Source: an uncultured virus (IMG/VR IMGVR_UViG_3300014204_013755) (Duplodnaviria > Heunggongvirae > Uroviricota > Caudoviricetes). Taken from it: a stretch of DNA of 64,000 bases. Below are positions 1 through 9,494 of the stretch, one piece after another. How positions within the stretch are numbered: position 1 is the stretch's first letter; the number at the start of each line of letters is the position of its first letter. Location: the IMG/VR virus record IMGVR_UViG_3300014204_013755. One strand, given 5' to 3'. Position numbers and translations under genes: made by a program. Under the pieces are notes generated by a model that saw only the letters and a program-made list of their open reading frames with translations, did no database searches and had not been told where the DNA came from.

Positions 1-951
1 TTATTTTTTATACCAATCAACTAATCTTAAATCTTCTAATCTATTACCACCACCATAAGAAATAGAACTTTGTAAACATTCTTCCAGATATTCTAAATAT
101 TCAATTAAAGTGGTATCCTTTAACGAATTTAATTTAACAGTACCCTCTATTCTATTTCTCTTATTACTCTGTTTAGCCGAGGCCGACCCGTAAAATTCTT
201 TATAACGAATTCCGTTTTGTTCAACCGTCCGACCGGGACTGTCGGAATGTGAAGATAACATACCACCGACCATACACATAGTTGCACCTAATACAACAGA
301 TTTTGCAATATCGGCTGGGACTTTTATACCACCATCAGCAATTATAGGTACTGTACTATTCATAGAACATAAATTCACAGTATAGGCTTGCGAACCACGA
401 GAACCAAAACCTGTTGTTGGTGATGTGGTACAGGCCGACCCGGGTGAAATTCCAACTTTAACAGCATCAGCACCCCATTTTTCTAAGTCCATGACACCTT
501 CAGCAGTCGATACATTTCCAGCAATCACAAAAGTGTTTTTGAAATTATTCTTTAAAAATTTCAACATTTCTTTCATTTTAATGGCATGTCCATGTGCTAT
601 ATCAACAGTTATGAAATCTGGTATTAGATTATTCTTTAATAACTTTTCTAATGTTGGATATGAATCACCATTAACTCCAATTGATATGGAAGTGTATAAC
701 CCCAAGCTTTTCATATACTTCACAAATTCTACATTATCCACTCCAAACCGATGCATAATATAGAAATATCCACTGGATGCCAATTTTATGCATAAATCTT
801 CGTTTATAACCGATTCCATATTTGCTGGAACAACTGGTATATTAAATGTAAAACCGCCCAATTTGACCTTTGTGTTACATTCTGAACGTGAATTAACAAT
901 ACACATCTTAGGTATCAGATTGATATCATCATAATCAAAGTATTCACTCAT
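1..951 (-). CDS. guaC: GMP reductase
   Basis: [11 protein letters not shown]-terminus, [25 protein letters not shown] catalytic-Cys loop, [17 protein letters not shown]; 316 aa, no CBS domains. Confidence 0.93.
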   Translation of the reverse strand: MSEYFDYDDINLIPKMCIVNSRSECNTKVKLGGFTFNIPVVPANMESVINEDLCIKLASSGYFYIMHRFGVDNVEFVKYMKSLGLYTSISIGVNGDSYPTLEKLLKNNLIPDFITVDIAHGHAIKMKEMLKFLKNNFKNTFVIAGNVSTAEGVMDLEKWGADAVKVGISPGSACTTSPTTGFGSRGSQAYTVNLCSMNSTVPIIADGGIKVPADIAKSVVLGATMCMVGGMLSSHSDSPGRTVEQNGIRYKEFYGSASAKQSNKRNRIEGTVKLNSLKDTTLIEYLEYLEECLQSSISYGGGNRLEDLRLVDWYKK

Positions 952-984
952 TTAAATATTTTTATTTTTTAATAATATTCAATA

Positions 985-1164
985 TTATTCCACTGGAACA
1001 ACTGCCCATAATATTAAATATAACAAACCAAATCCAGCGTATGTGAATAACACACCACACACAAAAATCAAACGAACGATTGTCACATCCATATCAAAAT
1101 AATCAGCCAGTCCAGTACAAACGCCAGCTCCACCATTTATTGGTTTTCTTACTAATCTTTTCAT
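985..1164 (-). CDS. PspC-domain small membrane protein (59 aa; not in the ORF track)
   Basis: Manual translation MKRLVRKPINGGAGVCTGLADYFDMDVTIVRLIFVCGVLFTYAGFGLLYLILWAVVPVE matches the PspC pattern GVCxGLAxYF..D..VRL...Y...W...P. Confidence 0.85.
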   Translation of the reverse strand: MKRLVRKPINGGAGVCTGLADYFDMDVTIVRLIFVCGVLFTYAGFGLLYLILWAVVPVE

Positions 1165-1206
1165 GAATTTTTTTATTATTATAGTAAAAAAATAAACAAT
1201 TGTTTA

Positions 1207-1452
1207 TTATATGAAATTATCTTGACACCATATCGGTGTTTTTTCACCAACATATGCTCCAGAAACATTGAAATCAAAATATTCTAATGCTTCTTCATAT
1301 TTCATTCCCTGTTTCATTAATAATTTTAAACATTTTTTTACTGAATAGATAAGTCGCATCGAAGTTTCATCGACACCTATTATAGCATCATCCATTCCAT
1401 CTGCTTTTAGAAATTCGTCTTCAAAATAAGACTCGGTTATTAAATCTAACAT
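1207..1452 (-). CDS. conserved phage hypothetical protein
   Basis: ADGMDDAIIG...EALEYFDFNVSGAYVGEKTP, a motif pattern common in phage hypotheticals. Confidence 0.6.
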   Translation of the reverse strand: MLDLITESYFEDEFLKADGMDDAIIGVDETSMRLIYSVKKCLKLLMKQGMKYEEALEYFDFNVSGAYVGEKTPIWCQDNFI

Positions 1453-1500
1453 AAACCCAATTGGATTATTTTTTGTTTCCGTATATAACTAATGGAATAT

Positions 1501-1791
1501 TTAAATTACTTCAATTACTTTACCGTATATCTGTTTAGTCCATCCATTAATATGACCACGATTATTTCCGATTAAACATCCTTTTACATCGTCTTTAGCT
1601 TTCACTAAATGTGTATAAAATTTACCCCGAACTTTACAATAAACAATGTCCCCAATTTCGACATCATCTAATGTCGCTGGAGCAAGTTTATGGTCTTGGC
1701 CTGATTTAATTAAAGGCAACATAGAATTCCCCTTCTCACTGGTGATAACTGTTTCGCCTTTTTGTAAACGTTCTAATTTATAATTTATCAT
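1501..1791 (-). CDS. S24/S26 peptidase-like small protein
   Basis: GNSMLPLIKSG, GDIV and FYTHLV motifs. Confidence 0.6.
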   Translation of the reverse strand: MINYKLERLQKGETVITSEKGNSMLPLIKSGQDHKLAPATLDDVEIGDIVYCKVRGKFYTHLVKAKDDVKGCLIGNNRGHINGWTKQIYGKVIEVI

Positions 1792-2123
1792 TCTATATTT
1801 CTATTTGGATAATCTTTAGTGAAGGTATATGTTTTACATTTAATACCAAAAATAAAACGGAAATAATTTAATGGGTTGAACCATTTAAATATACCCAATA
1901 CCTTTTCGAGTTGTGCCATTTTAATATAAATTTTTACACAATCGTCATATTCCTTTTTAGTCAATAAATTATTACCACATTTTGGACATTTCTTTCCGAT
2001 GCTACTAAGATATTCTGTGAATTTTACACTATCATCTCGATAATCACAGTAATCACATTTTAAACCCCTAATTTCGAATTCCAGTTTATTTATACTTTTC
2101 CATTGTTCCACTCTTTTGCCCAT
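1788..2123 (-). CDS. Zn-ribbon hypothetical protein
   Basis: CDYC and CPKC pairs. Confidence 0.5.
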   Translation of the reverse strand: MGKRVEQWKSINKLEFEIRGLKCDYCDYRDDSVKFTEYLSSIGKKCPKCGNNLLTKKEYDDCVKIYIKMAQLEKVLGIFKWFNPLNYFRFIFGIKCKTYTFTKDYPNRNIE

Positions 2124-2128
2124 TTATT

Positions 2129-2488
2129 CTATATTTTTTTTTCATCAAAGTGTTGTAAATTACCAGATATTCTATAATCAACATCTTTATCTATGACAGA
2201 ATTTTGTAATAATGATTCCAAGTTTTCGTTTTTACAATTCCAGAATATAAATGATGTTGTCACCAATCCCATAAAACTTTCTTTAGATAACCACATACTT
2301 TGAGTGGGATTTCTCCCTGATGAATTAGGATTTTCGATAGTTAATAAATATCCTTCATCATTTTCAAGTGTTGAGACGGTGATAAGTCTATTATCTTTAA
2401 AAGATGCTTGGACAAAATCAACAATACCTATTTCTTTTTGTTGGCTTGTGCCAGCACCTACTGTCACTGTACCATATATTTCTTCCAT
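2129..2488 (-). CDS. hypothetical protein
   Basis: 119-aa ORF packed in the minus-strand gene run. Confidence 0.5.
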   Translation of the reverse strand: MEEIYGTVTVGAGTSQQKEIGIVDFVQASFKDNRLITVSTLENDEGYLLTIENPNSSGRNPTQSMWLSKESFMGLVTTSFIFWNCKNENLESLLQNSVIDKDVDYRISGNLQHFDEKKI

Positions 2489-3049
2489 ATTACTATTTGT
2501 TTTTTATGGTAATGTTTTAATAATCCAATGTACCATATCTTTATAATTGATAAAAGTCGATTCGATATTACCATTACCATCTTTTGTGATTAATGTATCA
2601 TAATCATACATTTCAGGTTTAATTTCAACAAATTCCTTGGCTATTTTACCTGTACTTTGTGCATATTTCCTGAATAATTTTCTACCATTCATGATTTATA
2701 ATTAAAAATTTTTCAATCTAAGTAAATTATCACGAGCTTTGGTCAATTCTTTTAGACTTTTCACATCTGTTGTTTTACTAATAGTGTCGGTTAATGATTT
2801 GATTTTCTCGTTAATATATCTTTCCAATGTCATAAAATAAAAAAAAATTAAATTATATCAAAATTATCTTCAATAAATTTTTTATTAAATTCAGCATATT
2901 CACAAGCATAAAGAATGTGATTTAATACAATTGAATCTGTTTGTTCATCGAAATATAAAATCTCATAAATATTTTCTTTTATAAATAGTGGGTAATCAAA
3001 AATATTATCTACGGATTTTACACATTTAAATTTATCACCAATTTTTAAA

Positions 3050-4153
3050 TTAGAATAATTTAAAATCATGGTTTTCCTTTATTTCTTGTAATAATATAAT
3101 ATAATACTTTATTGCCAATTCAACATCATCCATAGCAACAAGTTCATTTGGTGTGTGCATATATCTTAATGGAAAAGCAACTGTACCAGCAACTACACCA
3201 CCGTTCGATAAATAGTAACTATATGTGTTTGTGCCACCAGCTCTATGAATTTCAATTTGATGTTTTATTTCATTCTTTTTAGCAACACTTTTCATAAGTT
3301 CTAATAGACCATGATGAACATCTGACCCCTGATTAAATATTAAACCATCTCCGATTTTATATGTACCATATTTAGATTTATCAATAAGTGGTGTTGTAGT
3401 GTCAAAAGAGACATCAAAACAGATAGCTATATCTGGTTTAATTGTTTCTGTTATCATAGCTGCACCTCGAAGTCCTATTTCTTCCTGAACAGAATTAACA
3501 ACATATAAATCATATGGTAATTTTATATTTTGAGTGCGTATTTCTTTTAATATACTCAAAAGTATAAATCCACCAATTTTATCATCTATTGATTTGCCAA
3601 CTATATATTTGTCATGCAAAATTTCTGGCTCTCTATCAACTACCACAAAATTACCAACTTCAACACCCAATTCCTCAACGTCTTTTTTGCAAATAACACC
3701 TAAATCAATAAAAATATTATCTTCAGTTGGTCTGTCTGGATTTTCTTTTTTCTTCAAATGAATTGGAATCCAACCAAAGAATCCTTGTACTTTTTTTATA
3801 CCACCATCATCATATCTTTGGTTAGTTAATATTTTTATTTTTTGACCAATAGTTATATCATTGTCTGTACCGCCATTTCTAACAACACTAATATAACCAT
3901 CATCATTTATAGATTTTACAATCCAACCTATTTCATCACAATGAGCATCTATTACTACTTTCTTATGAATAGGGTTTCCAATATCGTCACCAGTGCATTT
4001 ACCACATATAAGAGCTGCTACATTACCATAATTATCTGTTATAATATTATCAGCGTATTTGGATGCTTCAGCCACCCATAATTTTTGTGCTTCTACTTCA
4101 TATGTAGATGGTGAATCAGTTTTAAGGTAATTTAATAATAAGTTTGTATCCAT
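3050..4153 (-). CDS. M42 family metallo-aminopeptidase
   Basis: DAHCDEIG, DDKIG, VQEEIGLRGA, FDV and RYMHTPNE metal-binding motifs. Confidence 0.9.
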   Translation of the reverse strand: MDTNLLLNYLKTDSPSTYEVEAQKLWVAEASKYADNIITDNYGNVAALICGKCTGDDIGNPIHKKVVIDAHCDEIGWIVKSINDDGYISVVRNGGTDNDITIGQKIKILTNQRYDDGGIKKVQGFFGWIPIHLKKKENPDRPTEDNIFIDLGVICKKDVEELGVEVGNFVVVDREPEILHDKYIVGKSIDDKIGGFILLSILKEIRTQNIKLPYDLYVVNSVQEEIGLRGAAMITETIKPDIAICFDVSFDTTTPLIDKSKYGTYKIGDGLIFNQGSDVHHGLLELMKSVAKKNEIKHQIEIHRAGGTNTYSYYLSNGGVVAGTVAFPLRYMHTPNELVAMDDVELAIKYYIILLQEIKENHDFKLF

Positions 4154-4162
4154 TTTATATTT

Positions 4163-4696
4163 TTATTTTTTTGTGATGTATTTTGGTGGAACATTATCTG
4201 TTAACCATACACCATTATCAGAAATGAAAAAATTATATCCATCTTTAACCATCGATAAACAATCTATTTTTAAAACTATTGGTTCACCGTGACGAATACC
4301 AACTTTATACGCAGTTTCAATATCTTTTGAAAGATGAACATATTGACGATTCATTTTATCCAATCCTTTTTTTTGAATAGATTTCCAGAATCTGGATGAA
4401 GTACCATGATATAATACAACTGGTGGTACTTTTTTTGTGAATTTAATAACAACATTAGTACTATGTCCTTGATTAGCTTTTATTTTAGTCTTATCATCAT
4501 TAAACGAATATCTTTTTTTATCATCCGTTTTAACTATTTCTTCTAATTCTGACATTGATAAATCTGTATTATTTATAAGGTCACTAACCAGTACCCAACC
4601 ATCTTTATCTAATTTCAAATTAGCTTTTTCTGGCTTATGTCTTAGGATATATGCGAGAAATTTACTTTTATTATTTATTGACTTATCAGACATCAT
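4163..4696 (-). CDS. kptA: RNA 2'-phosphotransferase (Tpt1/KptA)
   Basis: SKFLAYILRH, DKKRY, ANQGHS, LYHGT, RQYVHLS, NGVWL. Confidence 0.93.
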   Translation of the reverse strand: MMSDKSINNKSKFLAYILRHKPEKANLKLDKDGWVLVSDLINNTDLSMSELEEIVKTDDKKRYSFNDDKTKIKANQGHSTNVVIKFTKKVPPVVLYHGTSSRFWKSIQKKGLDKMNRQYVHLSKDIETAYKVGIRHGEPIVLKIDCLSMVKDGYNFFISDNGVWLTDNVPPKYITKK

Positions 4697-4745
4697 ATTA
4701 AAAATATAATATTATATATTACAAATGTACCGTTTTGTTTTAAAT

Positions 4746-4773
4746 AAAAAACCTCACTTTAAATAAAGTGAGG
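4746..4773 (-). terminator. Rho-independent terminator
   Basis: CCTCACTTT-AAAT-AAAGTGAGG 9-bp stem with an A-run on the left (U-tract on the minus strand), downstream of 4830..5636. Confidence 0.65.
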
Positions 4774-4829
4774 AAAAAAGATGGTCATTAAGTGCGTAAT
4801 TACCCATCATATTTGTGTGCATGTGAATT

Positions 4830-5636
4830 TTAATCTTCAGGAGTCGCTGGAACAATTTTAAGAGTTGACTTATTTTCAACTGGAATTGTCTCACCTTTAG
4901 TTTCTATTGGGGTTATAGATGTAGTCCACATTTGAAACTGTTCATTAAGTCTATCTCTTATTATAACAATTGAATTATAAACCTGATTAGCTTCTCCAAT
5001 TTTGTTTAAAACCGTTGAAAAAATTCGGAATTCATTATTAACCCCCACCACTTGATATTTATTTATCAAATGATACAACAGAATTATATTAGCAATTGTA
5101 AGTTCTGCTACGATGTCTTCACCCTTTTTAGTAGCTTTGTAAACAACATCATATTGACTAAGACCTTCTTCAAATAATCTCAAATATTGAAATACTTCAT
5201 CTGAAGTATATTTTATTTTACGATTCAACGTTTTGTAAATAAAATCATATTCATCATAAGTGAAAGTGATTTTATACTTCATCTCATTTAAATGAAGTGA
5301 GAAAGAATTATAAAGGAAATTTGCTATTTTATAAAGTTTATCTTTTCCACCGCCAACCTCATCAGTTAAAGCTTTCAATACTTCTTTATCAGCCGAATAT
5401 CGTCTGATTAAACTAATAAGATTTTCTTTTTTAGCAAAGAAATTATCGAGAATCACCTTATCAAGATATATTTCACCGTTGGCTTTAACAAATGTTTCAG
5501 CCTCTAAATTTTTCAACTGTGTTCTTTCAAACTCCAAGCCATTGATGAAATCAAAATTTTTATCGATATCAAATGATTCCTCGGATGCAAAATTAAATTG
5601 TTCTAATTGTTCTATTTTTTCTTTAAATTCACTCAT
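4830..5636 (-). CDS. hypothetical protein
   Basis: 268-aa ORF followed by a terminator. Confidence 0.6.
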   Translation of the reverse strand: MSEFKEKIEQLEQFNFASEESFDIDKNFDFINGLEFERTQLKNLEAETFVKANGEIYLDKVILDNFFAKKENLISLIRRYSADKEVLKALTDEVGGGKDKLYKIANFLYNSFSLHLNEMKYKITFTYDEYDFIYKTLNRKIKYTSDEVFQYLRLFEEGLSQYDVVYKATKKGEDIVAELTIANIILLYHLINKYQVVGVNNEFRIFSTVLNKIGEANQVYNSIVIIRDRLNEQFQMWTTSITPIETKGETIPVENKSTLKIVPATPED

Positions 5637-5719
5637 TTTTATATTTTTATTTTTAAGTGTAACAAATTTAATTGTTTACTATTTTAACTATTTAAATAAC
5701 CATTATTATGAACACACAA

Positions 5720-6133
5720 TTATTGTTCTTCCTTATTTGTTTGTAAAGCACGTTGAGACTCTAATGCTCTTTCCACATTTTCATAACCATGTTTGTTAAC
5801 AAGTCCAGTAGAAACCTGTATAGATGGTTTAGAGAATTTAATAGCTCCAGTATTATGATTAACTGTTATCTTATCAAGTTCTCTTTCAATTAGAATAATT
5901 TTAATATCGTCTGTTAAAGCATCAAAATATTCCATATTAACAATTACCAATATTTCAGCTTTTAATAAAAAAGAAAATTGGTCAGCGATTTTAATAATTT
6001 TAATTAGTTCTTTTTGTTTAGAACAACTGAGGTATTGATATTTAATTTCAATTGGTAAATTGAGATTAGATTCAACGCCTTCGATGAAATCTATAATCTC
6101 TTTGTCTAATTCTTTAAATTTTCCAGTATCCAT
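5720..6133 (-). CDS. hypothetical protein, possibly phage metallopeptidase-like fold without HExxH
   Basis: IVNMEYFDAL...ILIERELDKI resembles that family but the histidines are absent. Confidence 0.35.
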   Translation of the reverse strand: MDTGKFKELDKEIIDFIEGVESNLNLPIEIKYQYLSCSKQKELIKIIKIADQFSFLLKAEILVIVNMEYFDALTDDIKIILIERELDKITVNHNTGAIKFSKPSIQVSTGLVNKHGYENVERALESQRALQTNKEEQ

Positions 6134-6176
6134 ATAAAATGTTTTTTATGATTATATAAGCATTAAACTGAAAAGT

Positions 6177-6653
6177 TTATAAAATCATAAATAAAATTGA
6201 AAAAAAAGTTACTACGAATGTAAGGATAGAAAAAAATAATATTCTTCTCTTTATTCTTTTTAATAAATCAAAATGTTTGAAACTAATAACTACTTTCACA
6301 TTATAATCATCAATAACTACCGTTTCAATAAGTGCTGATAATTCTAATAACCCCATTGACATGAAAGTTTTATCAATACTGGATAAGTCTTTTTTAACTA
6401 ATTCGTTTAAGTATTTACTACCATAATGATAAATATTTCCTTGTTCATCAACTGGTACATTATAAACCTTCCACATTCTATGAATCCAATCAATCCTAAT
6501 ATTATGTTTATTCAATAAAACATCTCCATTAGATTTTAGAATTTTTTTGTATTGACGGTATAATTCTCGTTTTTTAGATGCTTTAATACCCTTCTTTACT
6601 TTGGCATATACTAAATTGTTCATATCAAAACATGTTTTTATATTTATATACAA
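6177..6653 (-). CDS. hypothetical protein with C-terminal transmembrane helix
   Basis: KRIKRR followed by a hydrophobic C-terminus. Confidence 0.55.
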   Translation of the reverse strand: MYINIKTCFDMNNLVYAKVKKGIKASKKRELYRQYKKILKSNGDVLLNKHNIRIDWIHRMWKVYNVPVDEQGNIYHYGSKYLNELVKKDLSSIDKTFMSMGLLELSALIETVVIDDYNVKVVISFKHFDLLKRIKRRILFFSILTFVVTFFSILFMIL

Positions 6654-6678
6654 AAAATGATAGATTGTTTAAAAATTT

Positions 6679-9159
6679 TTAATCAATACCTAAAGATGTT
6701 CCAACATTAGATGCTTTTTCTACCTTTTCCATTTTAGTTATAAGAGTATCTATTTTATCACTTATTTCTTGTAGTATTATAACACTTCTATCTTCTTCAG
6801 GTTCGGTGGATTTTTGAGCATTAACAGTGTTACTACCACCAATAGGTGATGTCGATACACCAGCATTTTTAGCATTTAATATATCTTGAATGAAAGACGA
6901 CCCCTTTTCATCAAATACAGTAGATAGTTCCCTTTTTTTATCATTTAACGTTTCGATTACATCGGCCAACTTGGAATCGTCTATAATAGATAATATCATA
7001 ACTCCTTTTGAAAGTTGTGTTAATTTATCAACATTTTTTTCATTTAATTCATCTAAAGCACTATTTAATCTTCTTATAGTCCCAGCCAATAACAATATAG
7101 GTATTATATTTGCAGCACCTAACATAGCCATTCTATTAAGACTATTAGTAATTGCATTTAATCCATCAGCTTTATCTTTATCTGGTAACAATTGGAAAAC
7201 ATCCAAAATATTTTTAATGTTATCAACCCAAGCAACATTTGGTTCATTAAACAAATTCGCATTTTTATTAAATAATTTTGCTATATTAACAATAGCTCTA
7301 CCCAACAATAAAACTTTTAACATATCAAAAATACCAACAGGCATATTAGTTATAAAAGACCCGAACGAATTTAATGCTCCAGTCACACCTTTAACCCAAT
7401 CAACTGATGGATAACTGTCAAATGAATTTGATGAGAACACATTTGATATATCTACCATCAAACTTACAATACCCATTATAGCTCCAGCACCTGCTAATAG
7501 CAATAAACCACCTATACCAAATGTCGCCATTATTAACGTACCAAGCGCAATCATAGGTACTATAAAAGCTAACATCGATAATCCAACACCTTTAGCCCAG
7601 TCAACCGATGGGAAGTTGTCCCATTTCCCCATTCCTAAAATATAACTTACAGCAAGCATAGCAGCAGCTACACCAATCACAGATAATAACCCAAGTCCTA
7701 TTGCAACTAATCCAACACCCGATGTTGCAATTAATCCAAGAATAACAACTGCTGGAACAAACGATAACATAGACAATCCAACACCAGCAGCCCAATCAAC
7801 CGAAGGATAATTATCATATTTTCCTAACGCTAAAATCTGACTTGATATCATAATAACACCAGATACAACAATTATTGTCAATGCACCCATTAACATGGAT
7901 TTCATATCCATTTTCATTTTAGATATTAAGAAAAATGCTGGAACTAAAGCCAGTACTGATACACCAATTGCTATACTTGTTAATATCATACCCACTGGGT
8001 CTTCAACGGGTTGTAAACCTTGAAGTATTACACTTGCTGCTACTAAAGCCCCAGCTATCACTGGTATAGCCAGTGATGTAAATAACATAGTTTTCCAATC
8101 AGCACCTTTTAATCCTTTAGCCACAAGTGCGAATGCAAATGCGATTGGTATTAAAGCAATTCCAACAAATACACCAGAAAGCATTTGATTAAATGTTACA
8201 TCTTGCATTTTTTGAAATAAATAACTTGCACCAACTATTGTAGAAGCCATTACAGGTACTGCTAATGATGTAAATAATACCGATTTCCAATCAGCACCTT
8301 TTAATCCTTTAGCCATCAGTGAGAATGCAAATGAAATTGGTATTAATGCAACACCAACAAAAATAGCAGTAAGAAGTTGGCTAAAACTTAATGCAGGTAA
8401 CTTAGTAAAGATTAATGCAGCAAGTAATATACCACCTGCAACGGCTGGTATTAATACTGGTATTATTGCAATCATCCACATATTTTTAGGGTCAAATGAA
8501 CCGATTCCTTTTAATAACCCCCATGACACAATACCCATAGTTATTCCTAATGCAATAGCTGTTATTAATTGCTTGGGTGATAAATCTGGCATTTGGTTAA
8601 GTATTACACTGGATGCTAACAAGGCTATCGACATAGTAACCAACATTAGATTTATAATCAAAACATTCTTCCAATTCATACCTTTCATATTAGACATTTC
8701 TGAATATGTTTTAGCCATTATTAACATTGCAACACTTAAACCTATAACAGAAAGAAAATCTACATTACCTATTATTTTAAATGCTAAACCAATAGCCAAC
8801 ACACCACCAGCTATTAATGCAACCACTTTTATACCATCAACGATTTTAGATTTGTTCTTTGGGTCTTCTATTTCACCAAACATACCAGATTCTTTAGCAC
8901 TTCTGGCATCTTTTACTTCTTTTAATATTTTATCAGTATTATTTTCAATTCGAATGCTTGTCGCCTTTACATCGTTTAAATCATCAACTATTTTATTAAA
9001 CTTTTCAGTGTCCATATTACCCAACATAGTATTAACCGTGTCTGTACCACCAGCTTGACCACCTGCTTTATGTTGTTCTTTTAGTATATCTACTAAAGAT
9101 TCTAAGGCATCACTCAAATTTTGTAAATTTAATATATACTTTTCGTCAAGTTTAGACAT
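6679..9159 (-). CDS. tape-measure-like hydrophobic helical-repeat protein
   Basis: 826 aa, Ala/Gly/Leu-rich ~64-aa repeats (AKGLKGADWK twice; [YF]PSVDW three times), coiled-coil ends. Confidence 0.6.
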   Translation of the reverse strand: MSKLDEKYILNLQNLSDALESLVDILKEQHKAGGQAGGTDTVNTMLGNMDTEKFNKIVDDLNDVKATSIRIENNTDKILKEVKDARSAKESGMFGEIEDPKNKSKIVDGIKVVALIAGGVLAIGLAFKIIGNVDFLSVIGLSVAMLIMAKTYSEMSNMKGMNWKNVLIINLMLVTMSIALLASSVILNQMPDLSPKQLITAIALGITMGIVSWGLLKGIGSFDPKNMWMIAIIPVLIPAVAGGILLAALIFTKLPALSFSQLLTAIFVGVALIPISFAFSLMAKGLKGADWKSVLFTSLAVPVMASTIVGASYLFQKMQDVTFNQMLSGVFVGIALIPIAFAFALVAKGLKGADWKTMLFTSLAIPVIAGALVAASVILQGLQPVEDPVGMILTSIAIGVSVLALVPAFFLISKMKMDMKSMLMGALTIIVVSGVIMISSQILALGKYDNYPSVDWAAGVGLSMLSFVPAVVILGLIATSGVGLVAIGLGLLSVIGVAAAMLAVSYILGMGKWDNFPSVDWAKGVGLSMLAFIVPMIALGTLIMATFGIGGLLLLAGAGAIMGIVSLMVDISNVFSSNSFDSYPSVDWVKGVTGALNSFGSFITNMPVGIFDMLKVLLLGRAIVNIAKLFNKNANLFNEPNVAWVDNIKNILDVFQLLPDKDKADGLNAITNSLNRMAMLGAANIIPILLLAGTIRRLNSALDELNEKNVDKLTQLSKGVMILSIIDDSKLADVIETLNDKKRELSTVFDEKGSSFIQDILNAKNAGVSTSPIGGSNTVNAQKSTEPEEDRSVIILQEISDKIDTLITKMEKVEKASNVGTSLGID
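8092..8360. repeat. intragenic 192-bp-period direct repeat
   Basis: TTTCCAATCAGCACCTTTTAATCCTTTAGCCA starts at 8092 and at 8284. Confidence 0.85.
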
Positions 9160-9167
9160 AATGTAAA

Positions 9168-9494
9168 TTATGCTTTTAATTTTTTCAATTCAATATCAAA
9201 TAAGTTGATAGTCTGTTCGAGACTCGTAATGTCTGTTTTAAATTTTTCTATTTTATCTTTCATAAGTTTTTGATTTTCTTCACTATAATCCTCGATTTCC
9301 AGTTTTTCCATTTTGTCTACCTCAGATTGCATCTCAGTTTTTTTAGTTTCAATCTGTTTCTTAGCATCTTCTATTTTTAACTGTATGTTTTCGACATCTT
9401 TTTTTTCTTTATCAATGTCAATGACTTGCGCTAAATCATCCTTAACCTTATCAGCTATATCTTCATTTATAAAATTTTTAAAATTTTTTATCAT
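9168..9494 (-). CDS. coiled-coil protein with MxxFxxFINE N-terminal motif (putative virion protein)
   Basis: MIKNFKNFINED followed by heptad-rich helix. Confidence 0.55.
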   Translation of the reverse strand: MIKNFKNFINEDIADKVKDDLAQVIDIDKEKKDVENIQLKIEDAKKQIETKKTEMQSEVDKMEKLEIEDYSEENQKLMKDKIEKFKTDITSLEQTINLFDIELKKLKA

